NCBI RefSeq assembly: GCF_964213995.1
Contig: NC_135801.1
Location: 8,060,001-8,124,000, forward strand
Direction of reading: 5' to 3'
DNA from: Mustelus asterias
Taxonomy: Eukaryota
Length of the DNA stretch: 64,000 nt
The position numbers were made by a program, and so were the translations under genes. Below are positions 51,625 to 63,718 of the stretch, one piece after another. Positions within the stretch are counted from its first letter, which is position 1, and the number at the start of each line of letters is the position of its first letter. Under the pieces are notes generated by a model that did not search any database, was not told where the DNA came from, and saw only the letters and a program-made list of their open reading frames with translations.

Positions 51625-54585
51625 AAGTATCAGTGAAAAAAAGAGACATGTCGAAGCTTTTCATCATGCACTCATCAGGACATTTGCAAGAATACCAAAT
51701 GTAAAGGGAACAACAATTTACACTTCATAAGAAGAGAGTGCTGATTGGTTGGCAAGTGAACTCTGATTGGTAGAGACATTACCAAGACAAACGCACTAGT
51801 TAACTTATGACTGTTAGTTAACTGCCAAGCTTGGCTAAAATTCAAACCAGGCAGGTTGACTCTGATGGTTAAGGCATTGCCCTGGGAATGAACCAAAGCA
51901 TGGATGTCACCTATTTTTGTTCAGTTGAAACAGGCAGGATGTGCATATGTGTTCTTTTTGTTTGCAAAGAACAGGGTTCTGTTTATTAATATATATAGCT
52001 TCTAGCTAACACAAGTGTACCACTCTGTGAATCCAACTGATAATCTTAAATTGGATGTCAGCGCAGTTCTTAACACATTAAGAACAGTGTTTTCAAATGT
52101 TGTCCAATCTCGGAATCACATCTAATGTTGGACACTGTGTTTTGAGGATTTAGCAAGTGTGGGCTGGTTGGGTACAGTCTGTACCTTGTCTGTTGTGAAC
52201 CGGGGAAGGAACGTGCTGTTTGATATGATCTGCCAGTCTTTGGGAAGTAGGGGCTATGTACACTGGCACTGAAATTCATATACCACATTATTCATTGGTG
52301 TGATAGGCAGAATGTCTTGTTGGCTTCACAGCAGCAACCTGTTAATGGCGAACGCCACTCATGTTGCTACTGCATAGTGGCAGAGTGAAACACAGAAACA
52401 TAGAAGATAAGAGCAGGAGGAGGCCATTTGGCCCTTCGAGCCTGCTCCGCCATTCATTACGATCATGGCTGATCATCCAACTCAATAGCCTAATCCTGCT
52501 TTCTCCCCATAACCTTTGATCCCATTCACCCCAAGTGCTATATCCAGCCGCCTCTTGAATACATTCAATGTTTTGGCATCAACCACTTCCTGCGGTAATG
52601 AATTCCAGAGGTTCACCACTCTTGGATGAAGAAATGTCTCCTCATCTCCGTCCTAAATGGTCTACCTTGTATCCTCAGACTGTGACCCCTGGTTCTGGAC
52701 ACCCCCACCATCGGCACCATCCTCTTTACATCTACCCTGTCTAGTCCTGTTGGAATTTTATAAGTCTCGATGAAATACCCCCCTCATTCGTCTGAATGCC
52801 AGTGAAAACATCAGCTTCACGTGTTGCTCAAAGCTTTGAGATACCTTGCCCTTCCAGGGCGATCTGAGATAGACTGAGCATTTTTTAGAACCAAAAGTGG
52901 TGGCCGTAACCCAATTTGTGAGTTTGTGCGACATTTAGTGAGCAATGTTCTGGTCGGGTAACCATCATCTCACAGGATGGCTTTGAGACACCTTATTTCA
53001 GCATCAGTCTTCAGGCTGAGCAAGAGGCCAATCGTGTGGTGAATGAACTGTAGGAATCCCAACACCTGTATTGACTAGTAAAGGTAGGCTTCTGGTAGAT
53101 GATTGCAGAGAAACACCAGCAGATCTCTCAACCATGTCAAAGAAAGAGAGTTAATTTGGATGCCCCATTTCAAAGGTGGATTTGAGTGCAGGATGGTGCC
53201 CATTAAGGTGCATCAGGAAATCCTTACATGCAGCTGCAAATTCTAATATAACAAATGTATCATCTACATATTGGAAATATGCAATAGTGTCATTCCATCG
53301 TTTCTCATGGAACCTAGCTTGTGGGAGCTGGGCCTGGAGGGGATTTTTAAAAATTCATTCATGGGACATGGGCATTGCTGGCAGGCCAGCATTTATTGCC
53401 CATCCCTAGTTACCCTTGTTCAGAGGGCAGTTGAGAATCAACCACATTGCTGTGGCTCTGGAGTCACATGTAGGCCAGACCAGGAAAGGACGGCAGATTT
53501 CTTTCCCTAAAGGACATTAGTGAACCAGATGTGTTTTGCCGACAATCGACAATGGTTTCATGGTCATCAGTAGATTCTTAATTCCAGTTTTTTCTATTGA
53601 ATTCAAATTTTACCATCTGCCGTCACGGGATTTGAACCCGAGTCCCCAGGGCATTAGCTGAGTTTCTGGATTAATAGTCTAGTGATAATGCCACTAGGCC
53701 ATCACCTCCCATGGCAACGTCCTCTATTTGGGCAGACATGGGCCAGTATTTTACAGGCACGCCCGCGCTAAAATCGGGGCAGGTGAGGCTCGCAGAACGG
53801 CAGTCTCCGTTCGCCTCAGGCGAGCCTTGGGCAGGCGAGGTGGTAAAATTCTGGCAATGATGTCATTCAAATTGAACTCAACTGCATGAGTTGAGTTCTT
53901 AAGGTCTATGAATACTGATTTGCACAATGGCAATGGGCCTAGGTTACCATGATATAGTGATGTGGTGTAAATGTCCATGACCTCCTTGAGCAGCACTTCG
54001 AATAGACTGGCAACGTAAAATGTGCACTTGGACATTGCATCACTGATGATCTGCAAGACTTGTATGGTCTTCGCAAATGTGAGAGAATCCTTCACTGTGT
54101 ATGTGCAAAATGTGCTCAAAACTGGTTGTCGCAACTTGCCCAAACACTTGGCCAATTCATGTTGTGCAGAACCAGTCATAGATAAGGTAGGTTGCGAAGG
54201 GACATCAGTTTTGCGTGCCTTGGGCAACCCATACATACATTGATTCAGTGAGCTATGAGGTTGAATCCTATCATCTATACCATCTGGCACCTCATCTTGC
54301 TTAGACAAGTCCAACATGTGTTTTTTAGTTCCGATCAGAGTCAACTTGTTTGGTTTAAATTTAAACGAAACTCGGCAGTTAACTGGTCATCAGTTAACTG
54401 GTGCATTTAAGTCCAATAATTCCATGGCAACATCTCTGCTAAATCAGAGTCCATTTTACCAACCGGTCAGCACTCTCTTCTCGTGAAGTGTAAATTGTTA
54501 TTCCCTGTACTTAGGTTATTCTTGAGATTTGTCCTGCTGAGTGCAAGATGAAAAGCTTTGGCATGCCTCTATTTCAGCGATACTT
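51625..54585 (-). mobile_element. Degenerate Penelope-like retroelement (RT + GIY-YIG) with inverted pseudo-LTRs
   Basis: RT motifs MYGLPK, YTVKDS..F, VASLF, QIEDVAMG and YFQYVDDTF (about 53245-53279). GIY-YIG remnant VVYEFQCQC..QRLADHIKQH (about 52210-52290). 51625-51870 is inverted relative to 54330-54585. Interrupted by CR1 (about 52390-52810), SINE B (about 53350-53712) and a MITE. Confidence 0.85.
51648..51683 (-). ncRNA. Minimal type I hammerhead ribozyme motif (third family)
   Basis: auguc CUGAUGA gugcaugau GAAA agcu UC gacau; 5-bp stem I, weak stem II. Confidence 0.6.
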
Positions 54586-55404
54586 ACGGGTTAATTTTGT
54601 TGGTGCAGTGAGGAGTGAAAGCAGGCTAGAACAGTGCGAGGAAGCTGAATCATGGAGGGGAATCGAGTGATTGACCAAGCAGAAAGATCAAAAAGGATGA
54701 AAATGGATGATTTCCTGCAGTCTTAGCCTCAGAGACTATCACTGGCATCTGACCAAGAGATGCTCGGTGTTGTGCGCAGAGTCAAAATTGGATTGAAGAT
54801 ATGCTTTGGTAATAGTGGTGAGAAGCTGTAAAATCTACCAAGCTATACTGCAAAAATATCCCCTAGGTTGGGTAATTGACTTCAACATTTGGGCAATGCA
54901 ACCACTGGCATTCCTCTTAAAATATTCTAGCCGCCTCCACAGTTTATTAAAATGTTCTGTGCTGGTATTTCAAAGAAAGCAACCCCATGATACAACATAA
55001 GTCAAGAACAAACGCATAAAATATGCATACAAAATAATATAGCTCTCGGCCCTACTGAATGAGCAGCATCATAAATAATGTATTGTCAGTCACGCCTGTC
55101 ATTTGCTGATATGCTGTGCATCATTCACTTTTAATAGTACAATGTACTTAATAACAGAGGACAAACTCAGCAGGATAACAGATGTGTTAACTTGAAAGCC
55201 CGTTGAGTTGAGCAACAAGCGACGAAGTAACAAAACGATATAGTCCAGGTGAAAATTCTAAGACTCCGGAACTCTTAACCTGCCTTGGAAACACTGAGCT
55301 ATACCGACGTCCATATCCCTCCTCCTACAGGGTTTAACATTCAGATATTAAGCAGATTTAAAGGCTCCAAATGTTGGGCTGAATTTTACAGCTTCCTCGA
55401 GCCA

Positions 55405-55752
55405 AGGGGAGATGATGGCCAAGTAGCATTATCGCTAGACTATTAATGCAGAAACTCAGCTAATGTTCTGGGGATCCGGGTTCGAATCCCACCACAGCAG
55501 ATGAATTTGAATTTAATAAAAAATATCTGGAATTAAGAATCTACTGATGACCAGGAAACCATTGTCGATTGTTGGAAAAACCCATCTGGTTCACTAATGT
55601 CCTTTAGGGAAGGAAATCTGCCGTCCTTACCTGGTCTGGCCTACATGTGACTCCAGAACCACAGCAATGTGGTTGACTCTCAACTGCCCCCCGAAGGCAA
55701 CTCGGTATGAGTAATAAATGCTGGCCAGCCATGTCCCAGGAATGAATAAAAA
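55405..55752 (+). mobile_element. SINE family B, uninterrupted copy
   Basis: Head with B box GGTTCGAATCCC through to the AATGAATAAAAA tail. Confidence 0.88.
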
Positions 55753-55819
55753 AGAGGTGGGAGGGGTTCCATAAAATGGCCAGAGAAAGCTTGGGATGCG
55801 GGGGGGAGATGATAAGATA

Positions 55820-56965
55820 TAGAACAAAGAAGAACAATACAGCACAGGAAACAGGCCCTTCGGCCCTCCAAGCCCGTGCCGCTCATTGATCCAACTAGAC
55901 CATTCGTTTGTATCCCTCCATTCCCAGACTGCTCATGTGACTATCCAGATAAGTCTTAAATGATGCCAGCGTGTCTGCCTCCACCACCCTACTTGGCAGC
56001 GCATTCCAGGCCCCCACCACTCTCTGTGTAAAAAACGTCCCTCTGATATCGGAGTTATACCTCGCCCCTCTCACCTTGAGCCCGTGACCCCTCGTGATCG
56101 TCACCTCCGACCTGGGAAAAAGCTTCCCACTGTTTACCCTATCTATACTCTTCATAATTTTGTACACCTCTATTAGGTCTCCCCTCATTCTCCGTCTTTC
56201 CAGGGAGAACAAGCCCAGTTTACCCAATCTCTCCTCATAGCTAAGACCCTCCATACCAGGCAACATCCTGGTAAACCTTCTCTGCACTCTCTCTAAAGCC
56301 TCCACGTCCTTCTGGTAGTGCGGCGACCAGAACTGGACACAGTACTCCAAATGTGGCCTAACCAGCGTTCTATACAGCTGCAACATCAGACTCCAGCTTT
56401 TATACTCTATACCCCATCCTATAAAGTCAAGCATACCATATGCCTTCTTCACCACCTTCTCCACCTGTGCTGCCACCTAGGTCCCTCTGTGTTTCTATAC
56501 TCTTGATGGCTCTGCCATTTATTGTATAACTCCCCCCTACATTAGTTCTTCCAAAATGCATCACTTCGCATTTATCTGGATTAAATTCCATCTGCCATTT
56601 CTCCGCCCAATTTACCAGCCTATCTATATCCTGCTGTATTGTCCGACAATGTTCATCGCTATCCGCAAGTCCAGCCATCTTCGTGTCATCCGCAAACACC
56701 AGTTACACCTTCTTCCAAATCATTTATATATATCACAAATAGCAGAGTTCCCAGTACAGAATTAGGTGCAGAATTCGGACATTTGGCCCATCGATTCTGC
56801 TCATTATTCAATCATGGCTGATATGCTTCTCAACTTCATTCTCCCAACCCTTTTCCCATAACATATGATCCCCTTACCAAGCAAGACTGTGTCTATCTCT
56901 GTCTTAAATACACTCAATAACCTGGCCTCCACAGCCTTCTGTGGCAATGAATTCCACAGATTCCA
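55820..56965 (-). mobile_element. CR1/HER1 LINE ORF2 3' fragments
   Basis: FADDTK...WAEKWQMEFNPDKCEVMHFG and LYRTLVRPHLEYCVQFWSP; a second CR1 tail lies at about 56765-56965. Confidence 0.93.
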
Positions 56966-57422
56966 CACACTGGACAGGACTTCACAGCCTCGCTCGACCT
57001 GAGACCAGAAAATCCTGCCCGAGGTCAACTGACATTCCCATTGTCCGCCCCTCACCCACTCCGATTCCATTGGCGGGCAGGGCGGTAGAATTCCGGCGAT
57101 TATCTCTTTTTGTAAATGGAAGAAGAAAAAGGGAAAAGAAAGCGAAATTGCAGCTTAGGGCAACATTTGAACTCCGTTTACACAGAATTTTGCAATTTTC
57201 AATCTCCCACACATAGGCCGGAATTTTACTGGCACTCCTGCCCCGGTTCCGGGGGTGGATGAGGCTCGGAGAACAGCACTCTCCGCTGGCCTCGGGTTGG
57301 GATCGTATGAACCTCGGGCGGACGTGCCGGTAAAACTCCGCCCATAGCGTGCAACAATTTAATCTAACACTTTGGAGAATAATATACAGCTGGTGCAAAG
57401 AGGTGAGAGAAATACACTGTAC

Positions 57423-57618
57423 CCTTCGGATGCCTTCCTGGGAATCCTTCACCGAGGTTTCTGTGCCGTTACCTCTGTTGATCATCCTCCACATTTGGGC
57501 GTACATGTTGTCTCTCTCAAAGGGGTTCATTCCTTTCACTCGAACATGCTCATACACAGCTGACTCCATCACTGTGCCATAGGGAATATCCGTTTGCTTG
57601 GAAAGATCTTGCAGGGAC
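57423..57618 (-). CDS. GRID2: Glutamate receptor ionotropic delta (GluD2-like), internal coding exon at the start of the S2 lobe
   Basis: Minus strand reads pyrimidine tract + AAAG|G TCC CTG CAA ... CGA AGG|GTACAG. Translation [65 protein letters not shown] closely resembles GluD2 as recalled. 196 bp, one leading base completes the upstream codon, ends in phase 0. GRID2 ortholog versus paralog is not resolved. Confidence 0.92.
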
Positions 57619-57914
57619 CTTTGAGTTGAGAAGAATAAGATAAATAAATAATGCCAAGTTCAAAAATAAATCCTAAATGCTTAATGTAAGGTCAGATGTC
57701 ACTTATCCATGTCTAAAAACTCTTATATTTCATTGAGAGAGAACTCCAGGCTGCAAGGAATATACAACTAATCCACTAAACACTCTAGTGATCTTGGAAG
57801 CATTTGTTTGGGAACATTGGCCAAACTTTCAGGTATCAAGGGAGCATGGAATGTTAGGGCTCCAAGAAACAGGGACAATGGGGTGGTAGGAAGTTCATCC
57901 TTTGTATTTTGCAC

Positions 57915-58400
57915 ATATCTTTCTGGTTGTATCACAGCTTAGTATGGCTCCTGCTCTGCCCAAGACTGCAAGAAACTACAAAGGGTCGTGAACGAAGCTC
58001 AGTCCATCACTCAGTCCATCACTCCCATCTATTGACACTGTCTACACTTCCCACTGCCTCGGAAAAGCAGCCAGCATAATTAAGGACCCCACGCACCCCG
58101 GACATACTCTCTTCCACCTTCTTCCATCGAGAAAAAGATACGGAAGTCTGAGGTCACGTGCCAACTCACTCAAAAACAGTTTCTTCCCTGCTGCCACCAG
58201 ACTTTTGAATGGACCTACCTTATATTAAGTTGATCTTTCGCTACACCCTAGCTATGACTGTAACGCTACATTCTGCACTCTCTCGTTTCCCTCTCCCCTA
58301 TGTACTCGATGAATGGTATGCTTTGTCTGTACAGCACGCAAGAAACAACACTTTTCACTGTATACCAATACATGTGACAATAATAAATCAAATCAAACAA
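57915..58400 (+). mobile_element. Rex1/Babar LINE 3' fragment
   Basis: Same sequence family as 28680-29155. Confidence 0.85.
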
Positions 58401-58519
58401 TCTCACTGTAACATACTGAGAGGGATCAGATGGAACTCTGCGGGAGGTGACAGGAGGAGGGAAGGTGGAGGGAAAATAATCAAAGGCGGAAACAACATGA
58501 AATGATCTCTTTCACTTAC

Positions 58520-58820
58520 AGCATAGAACATAGAACATTACAGCGCAGAACATAGAACATTACAGTGCAGTACAGGCCCTTCGGCCCTCGATGTTGCGCT
58601 GAACAGTGAAATCAATCTAAAGCCCTTCTAACCTACACTATTCCAATATCATCCATATGTTTATCCAATGACCATTTAAATGCCCTTAATGTTGACGAGT
58701 CCACTACTGCTGCAGGCAGGGCATTCCACGCCCTTACTACTCTCTGAGTGAAGAACCTACCTCTGACATCTGTCCTATATCTATACCCCTCAATTTAAAG
58801 CTATGTCCCCACGTGCTAGC
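58520..58820 (-). mobile_element. CR1 LINE 3' tail
   Basis: (CATAGAA)n microsatellite tail plus FFTQRVVRAWNALP. Confidence 0.8.
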
Positions 58821-59556
58821 AAGTGGCTCATCTAGTGCTGAAACACGCATCTAATCACATGTTACCGCTTGATTATTGTAACATTTCTGTTCTATTATTT
58901 TTGTGTTTTTTGTTTCCTGTTTGCATGTCTGTGAATATCCTTTAACGTGATTGGCTGCTTGGATAGTCTGCTGACATCACTCCAACTCTGCGCTGGGAAT
59001 CCCTGGTGATGAAGATTGGAATCAGATGAGGTGCCGCTCCTTGACAATAGAGGGGAAATCCATGGCAGGGAGACCCGTGATATGCCAGTGAAACTTACTC
59101 TGAGGTCAGTGGTGAGCTCTCACCGCTGATTGCAAACCCTGAACCATCAAGGGTGACTCTTTTTTTCTAATTGGTTATAGCGTGATATTGGGAATTAATG
59201 CCGGTGGGAAGGTCTGAATGATAGTGGAGATTGGAAAGGGAAACATGAGTCTGGATTGAATGCATTGAAGCAAACAATAGGGTGGGAGAGAGAGAGAGAT
59301 TCTGCACAGAAATAAACTCAGAGGATCAGAAATAGAAATGAAGAACACATGAAGTAAATATAATGTAAGGAATTACTGCATCATTCAAGGGAATAAACCC
59401 AAGAAAATATCAAAACGAGGAATTTTACCCACTTTAATGTTAATTCCTGGAAGAAGATCTCACCTGCTGTAATCCTTGACTGATTCACAAGAAGCTATTA
59501 AAGTGGATTTAGCATAAATAAATAGAAACTTAAAAATGTCACTGTGGCAGAATTTC

Positions 59557-59778
59557 AGGAATGAGTGGGGTGGATCGGGGTTGGGGAGAATGAGTGAGGT
59601 CGATCGGGGTTGGGGGGAATGAGTGAGGTCGATCGGGGTTGGGGGGAATGAGTGGGGTCAGTGGGGCTTGGGTGAACAACTGGGGTCCATGGGGATTGTG
59701 GTTGAACAAGTGGGGTCCATGAGGGTTGGGGGGGGGGGGGGGGGGGGAAGAGTGGGGTTGATCGGGGTTGGGGGAATG
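59557..59778. repeat. G-rich minisatellite, about 7 copies of 29 bp
   Basis: Unit GAATGAGTGRGGTCGATCGGGGTTGGGGG. Confidence 0.85.
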
Positions 59779-61032
59779 ACTTCCTGCATAAAAGACCTCG
59801 GAATCTCAAGCAGATCTTACGTCCAGTGCGAATGAAGCTTCTACAATGTTTCGCACTCGTTTAGAAAGGCCCCTCACCCAAAACTGACCACGTCCCCAGA
59901 TCAATTAGTCATCGTGGCCGGTTCCACTAATTGTGGCTGTTTTTGTACCTTTGAGGAGGTTTTCAAAATAAAATTGATTCTTTAGGGCGCACCGACCCTA
60001 ACCCGAGTCTTCTACCAGCTTTTGAATGATATTTGAAAATATCTAAGAAACTGCCTATGATACGTAATTGGTTTCGTGGAACTTTCTTAAAGTCATTTTC
60101 ATGCATTTCAAATTGCCTTCCTCACAGTTGGCGGACTTGACATTCTGATTAAGAATGCTAATTTTTTTTTGTGATAAATCTCGTTCAGCTGTATTAATCA
60201 AACTGCATCGTTATCACTCTTCACTATATAAATCACGCTTTTTTATAAAGCAACTAGGTTTTGAAACGCTGATTGATTGTGCTGGCAGGTTGATATGTAA
60301 AAATAGCCCAATTCTGGCCGGAATTTGTATCCAGATTGCCCCAAGCAGAAACTCTACCGCAATATATTATACAGAATAGTTTATAAAGTAACAGATGGCG
60401 GTCAGTGGAACACAAAGGTGGGTGTGCTCCCTCATCACCTTTCCTCTTCTGAGTGTACGCTAGATACTGCAGTTCTTGCATGCAGCCCAGCCTGAAACTA
60501 ATTCAGACCTCTTCACACCTTTGTTCCACACCATCTCCAAGCCATCTGCTGTTCCATAATTAAAAGAACAATTCAAGGTCAAGTTGAGATTTCAACCTGG
60601 CTGTGTGTTTGATTATCTTTTATTTTACTCGTCTGCTTCTGATCTGTCCCTTAAAGCCATAGCTGGAAGACTCAGCACATCTTTGTTTCAAATAAACTTT
60701 TCATTTAAATTCTAAACACTCGCTTGGCAGAACAGAACAAAGGTCTTGTTGGAAAATAAAAGAGACACACCGTTGAAATTTTTTGTCTTGCATTCATCAG
60801 GATGGATTTGCAAGAATACCAGATCTCGGAGAGAACAACAGTTTACACTTCATGAGAAGATAGTAGAATTGTAGAATCTTTATAATGTAGAAGGAGGCCA
60901 TTCAGCCTGCACTGACAACAATCCAACCTATTGCTGTAACCCCATGTATTTACCCTGCTAACCACTACCCCCGCCCCCCCCCCCCCCTCCCGACGGTAAG
61001 GGGCAATTTAGCATAGCCAATCCACCAAACCC

Positions 61033-63020
61033 GCACACCTTTGGACTGTGGGAGGAAACCGGAGCACCCGGAGGAAACCCACGCAGACACGGGGAGAACA
61101 TGCAAACTCCACACAGACAGTGACCCGAGTCTAGAATTGAACCCGGGTCCCTGGCGCTGTGAGGCAGCAGTGCTAATTACTGTGCCGCCTGCAAGTGTTG
61201 ATTGATTGGTAAGTTCAACTGGAACTGTCTAACACGGAGTAAAGGATGTTATTTGTGTCTTTATCTCCACGAATGTCAGTGAACCCAAGCTCCGACCTGG
61301 ATTCCTAAGAGCAAAAATTTTAAATTACCCTTAAAAATGTGCGTTATGCACACAGAAGGACTTAAAACATCCTACAGCACAATTTGAAAGAAAAGCAGGG
61401 CAAATTTGTCCCAGCCAATATTTATCCTTCTAAACACTCACTGAAGGAACAGATGACCTGGGCATCGTCATGTTGCTATTTCTGGGAGCTTGCTGTGCAC
61501 AAATTGGCTATTATGTTTTCCTACATTACAACAGTGACCATGTTTCAAAAGTATTTTGTTGGTTGTAAATGTGTTAGGGATATCCTCAGGTTGTGAATGG
61601 CACTATCTAATTGCATGACTTTTTCTTCACTGGAACCAACATTACAATTGTTCTTATCTGTCCCCAATCCTCTAAATTGGTTCACAAGGAATGGGGAAGA
61701 ACCACACACATGGACCTAAATAGAAGGGACAGATAGGATAAACTGCGTGTGCCTCTTTTTCATGTTGTTTCAGCTGCATTTCTGCTTTTTATCCATTTTA
61801 TCTTTTGTTTTTATGTTAAAATCATAGAATCCGTACAGTGCAGAAGAAGGCCATTCAGCCCATCGAGTTTGTACCGGCTCTCCAACACAGCATCTTACCC
61901 AGAGCTACCCACTATCCCCGTAACCTCACATATCTATCCCGCTAATCCACCTGACTGACATATCTTGGACACTACAGGGCAATTTAGCACAGCCAATTCA
62001 CCTAATCTGCACACCTTTGGACTGTGGGAGGAAACCGGAGCACCCGGAGGAAACCCACGCAGACACGGGGAGAACATGCAAACTCCACACAGACAGTGAC
62101 CCGAGTCTAGAATTGAACCCGGGTCCCTGGCGCTGTGAGGCAGCAGTGCTAATTACTGTGCCGCCTGCAAGTGTTGATTGATTGGTAAGTTCAACTGGAA
62201 CTGTCTAACACGGAGTAAAGGATGTTATTTGTGTCTTTATCTCCACGAATGTCAGTGAACCCAAGCTCCGACCTGGATTCCTAAGAGCAAAAATTTTAAA
62301 TTACCCTTAAAAATGTGCGTTATGCACACAGAAGGACTTAAAACATCCTACAGCACAATTTGAAAGAAAAGCAGGGCAAATTTGTCCCAGCCAATATTTA
62401 TCCTTCTAAACACTCACTGAAGGAACAGATGACCTGGGCATCGTCATGTTGCTATTTCTGGGAGCTTGCTGTGCACAAATTGGCTATTATGTTTTCCTAC
62501 ATTACAACAGTGACCATGTTTCAAAAGTATTTTGTTGGTTGTAAATGTGTTAGGGATATCCTCAGGTTGTGAATGGCACTATCTAATTGCATGACTTTTT
62601 CTTCACTGGAACCAACATTACAATTGTTCTTATCTGTCCCCAATCCTCTAAATTGGTTCACAAGGAATGGGGAAGAACCACACACATGGACCTAAATAGA
62701 AGGGACAGATAGGATAAACTGCGTGTGCCTCTTTTTCATGTTGTTTCAGCTGCATTTCTGCTTTTTATCCATTTTATCTTTTGTTTTTATGTTAAAATCA
62801 TAGAATCCGTACAGTGCAGAAGAAGGCCATTCAGCCCATCGAGTTTGTACCGGCTCTCCAACACAGCATCTTACCCAGAGCTACCCCCTATCCCCGTAAC
62901 CTCACATATCTATCCCGCTAATCCACCTGACTGACATATCTTGGACACTACAGGGCAATTTAGCACAGCCAATTCACCTAATCTGCACACCTTTGGACTG
63001 TGGGAGGAAACCGGAGCACC
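61033..63020. repeat. Near-perfect 976-bp tandem duplication bounded by three HE1 SINEs
   Basis: Constant offset of 976 (duplicated ORFs 61384/62360 and 61749/62725); one substitution seen between the copies. Confidence 0.95.
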
Positions 63021-63718
63021 TGACGGAAACCCATACAGACACAGGGAGAACGTGCAAACCTGCAAATGTTCTACTCACAAAACTCAACAAACTTTCAAAA
63101 TAATGAATGGTGTAGCTTCATATTTCAATCCTCTTTGAAACCAGCAAGAAAATTTCAACTAAATACTTTGCGCAAAGGTAGCAAGTTTGTTGCACTCAGC
63201 CAATTTATTGTTTTACAAGGAGGTTTTCTTCATTGAAGCCATTATGGAAATGTGGTTATGTGAGTAGGATTAGACTAGGCAGTATGCCATTTATTCGGCT
63301 AAAATGTCAAACATAAGTTTCTGAATTGGTTCAAATTTTTGATTTTGATCAGTCTGAAATTTGAAACTCCCAAATGTAACATTGAATTTTAACAAGGACA
63401 ACTTGCATTAATCACAGGATTATATACTAGTTGCAACGCAGGAGAGTGGCCATTTGTTCCAATGTGATTGTGCGGCTCTCGGTAGGAACAATTTAGCTAG
63501 CAATTTACCCCACTCCCTGCCCACTCCCTGTAGCCCTGCACATTGTCTCTCCAATTTCCTCTTGAAAGCCTCAACTGCGCCTGTATCCAACACGCCATCA
63601 GACAGTGCATTTCAGATCTGAACCACTCACTGCGTGCAAAAGATTTTCCTCATGTCGCCATTGGTTCTTTTGCCAATTATCTGCCCTCTTGTACTTGAGC
63701 CTTCCACTAATGGGCAGC

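Larger units (their letters stand above)
25756..57422 (-). other. GT-AG intron (31,667 bp) of the GluD gene
   Basis: Joins two exons that are contiguous in the GluD2 protein, with compatible phase. Confidence 0.85.

Noticed and set aside
56982-57572. 196-aa ORF as a standalone gene
   Set aside because: Only the part down to 57423 is GluD exon; the rest is read-through into intron and MITEs.
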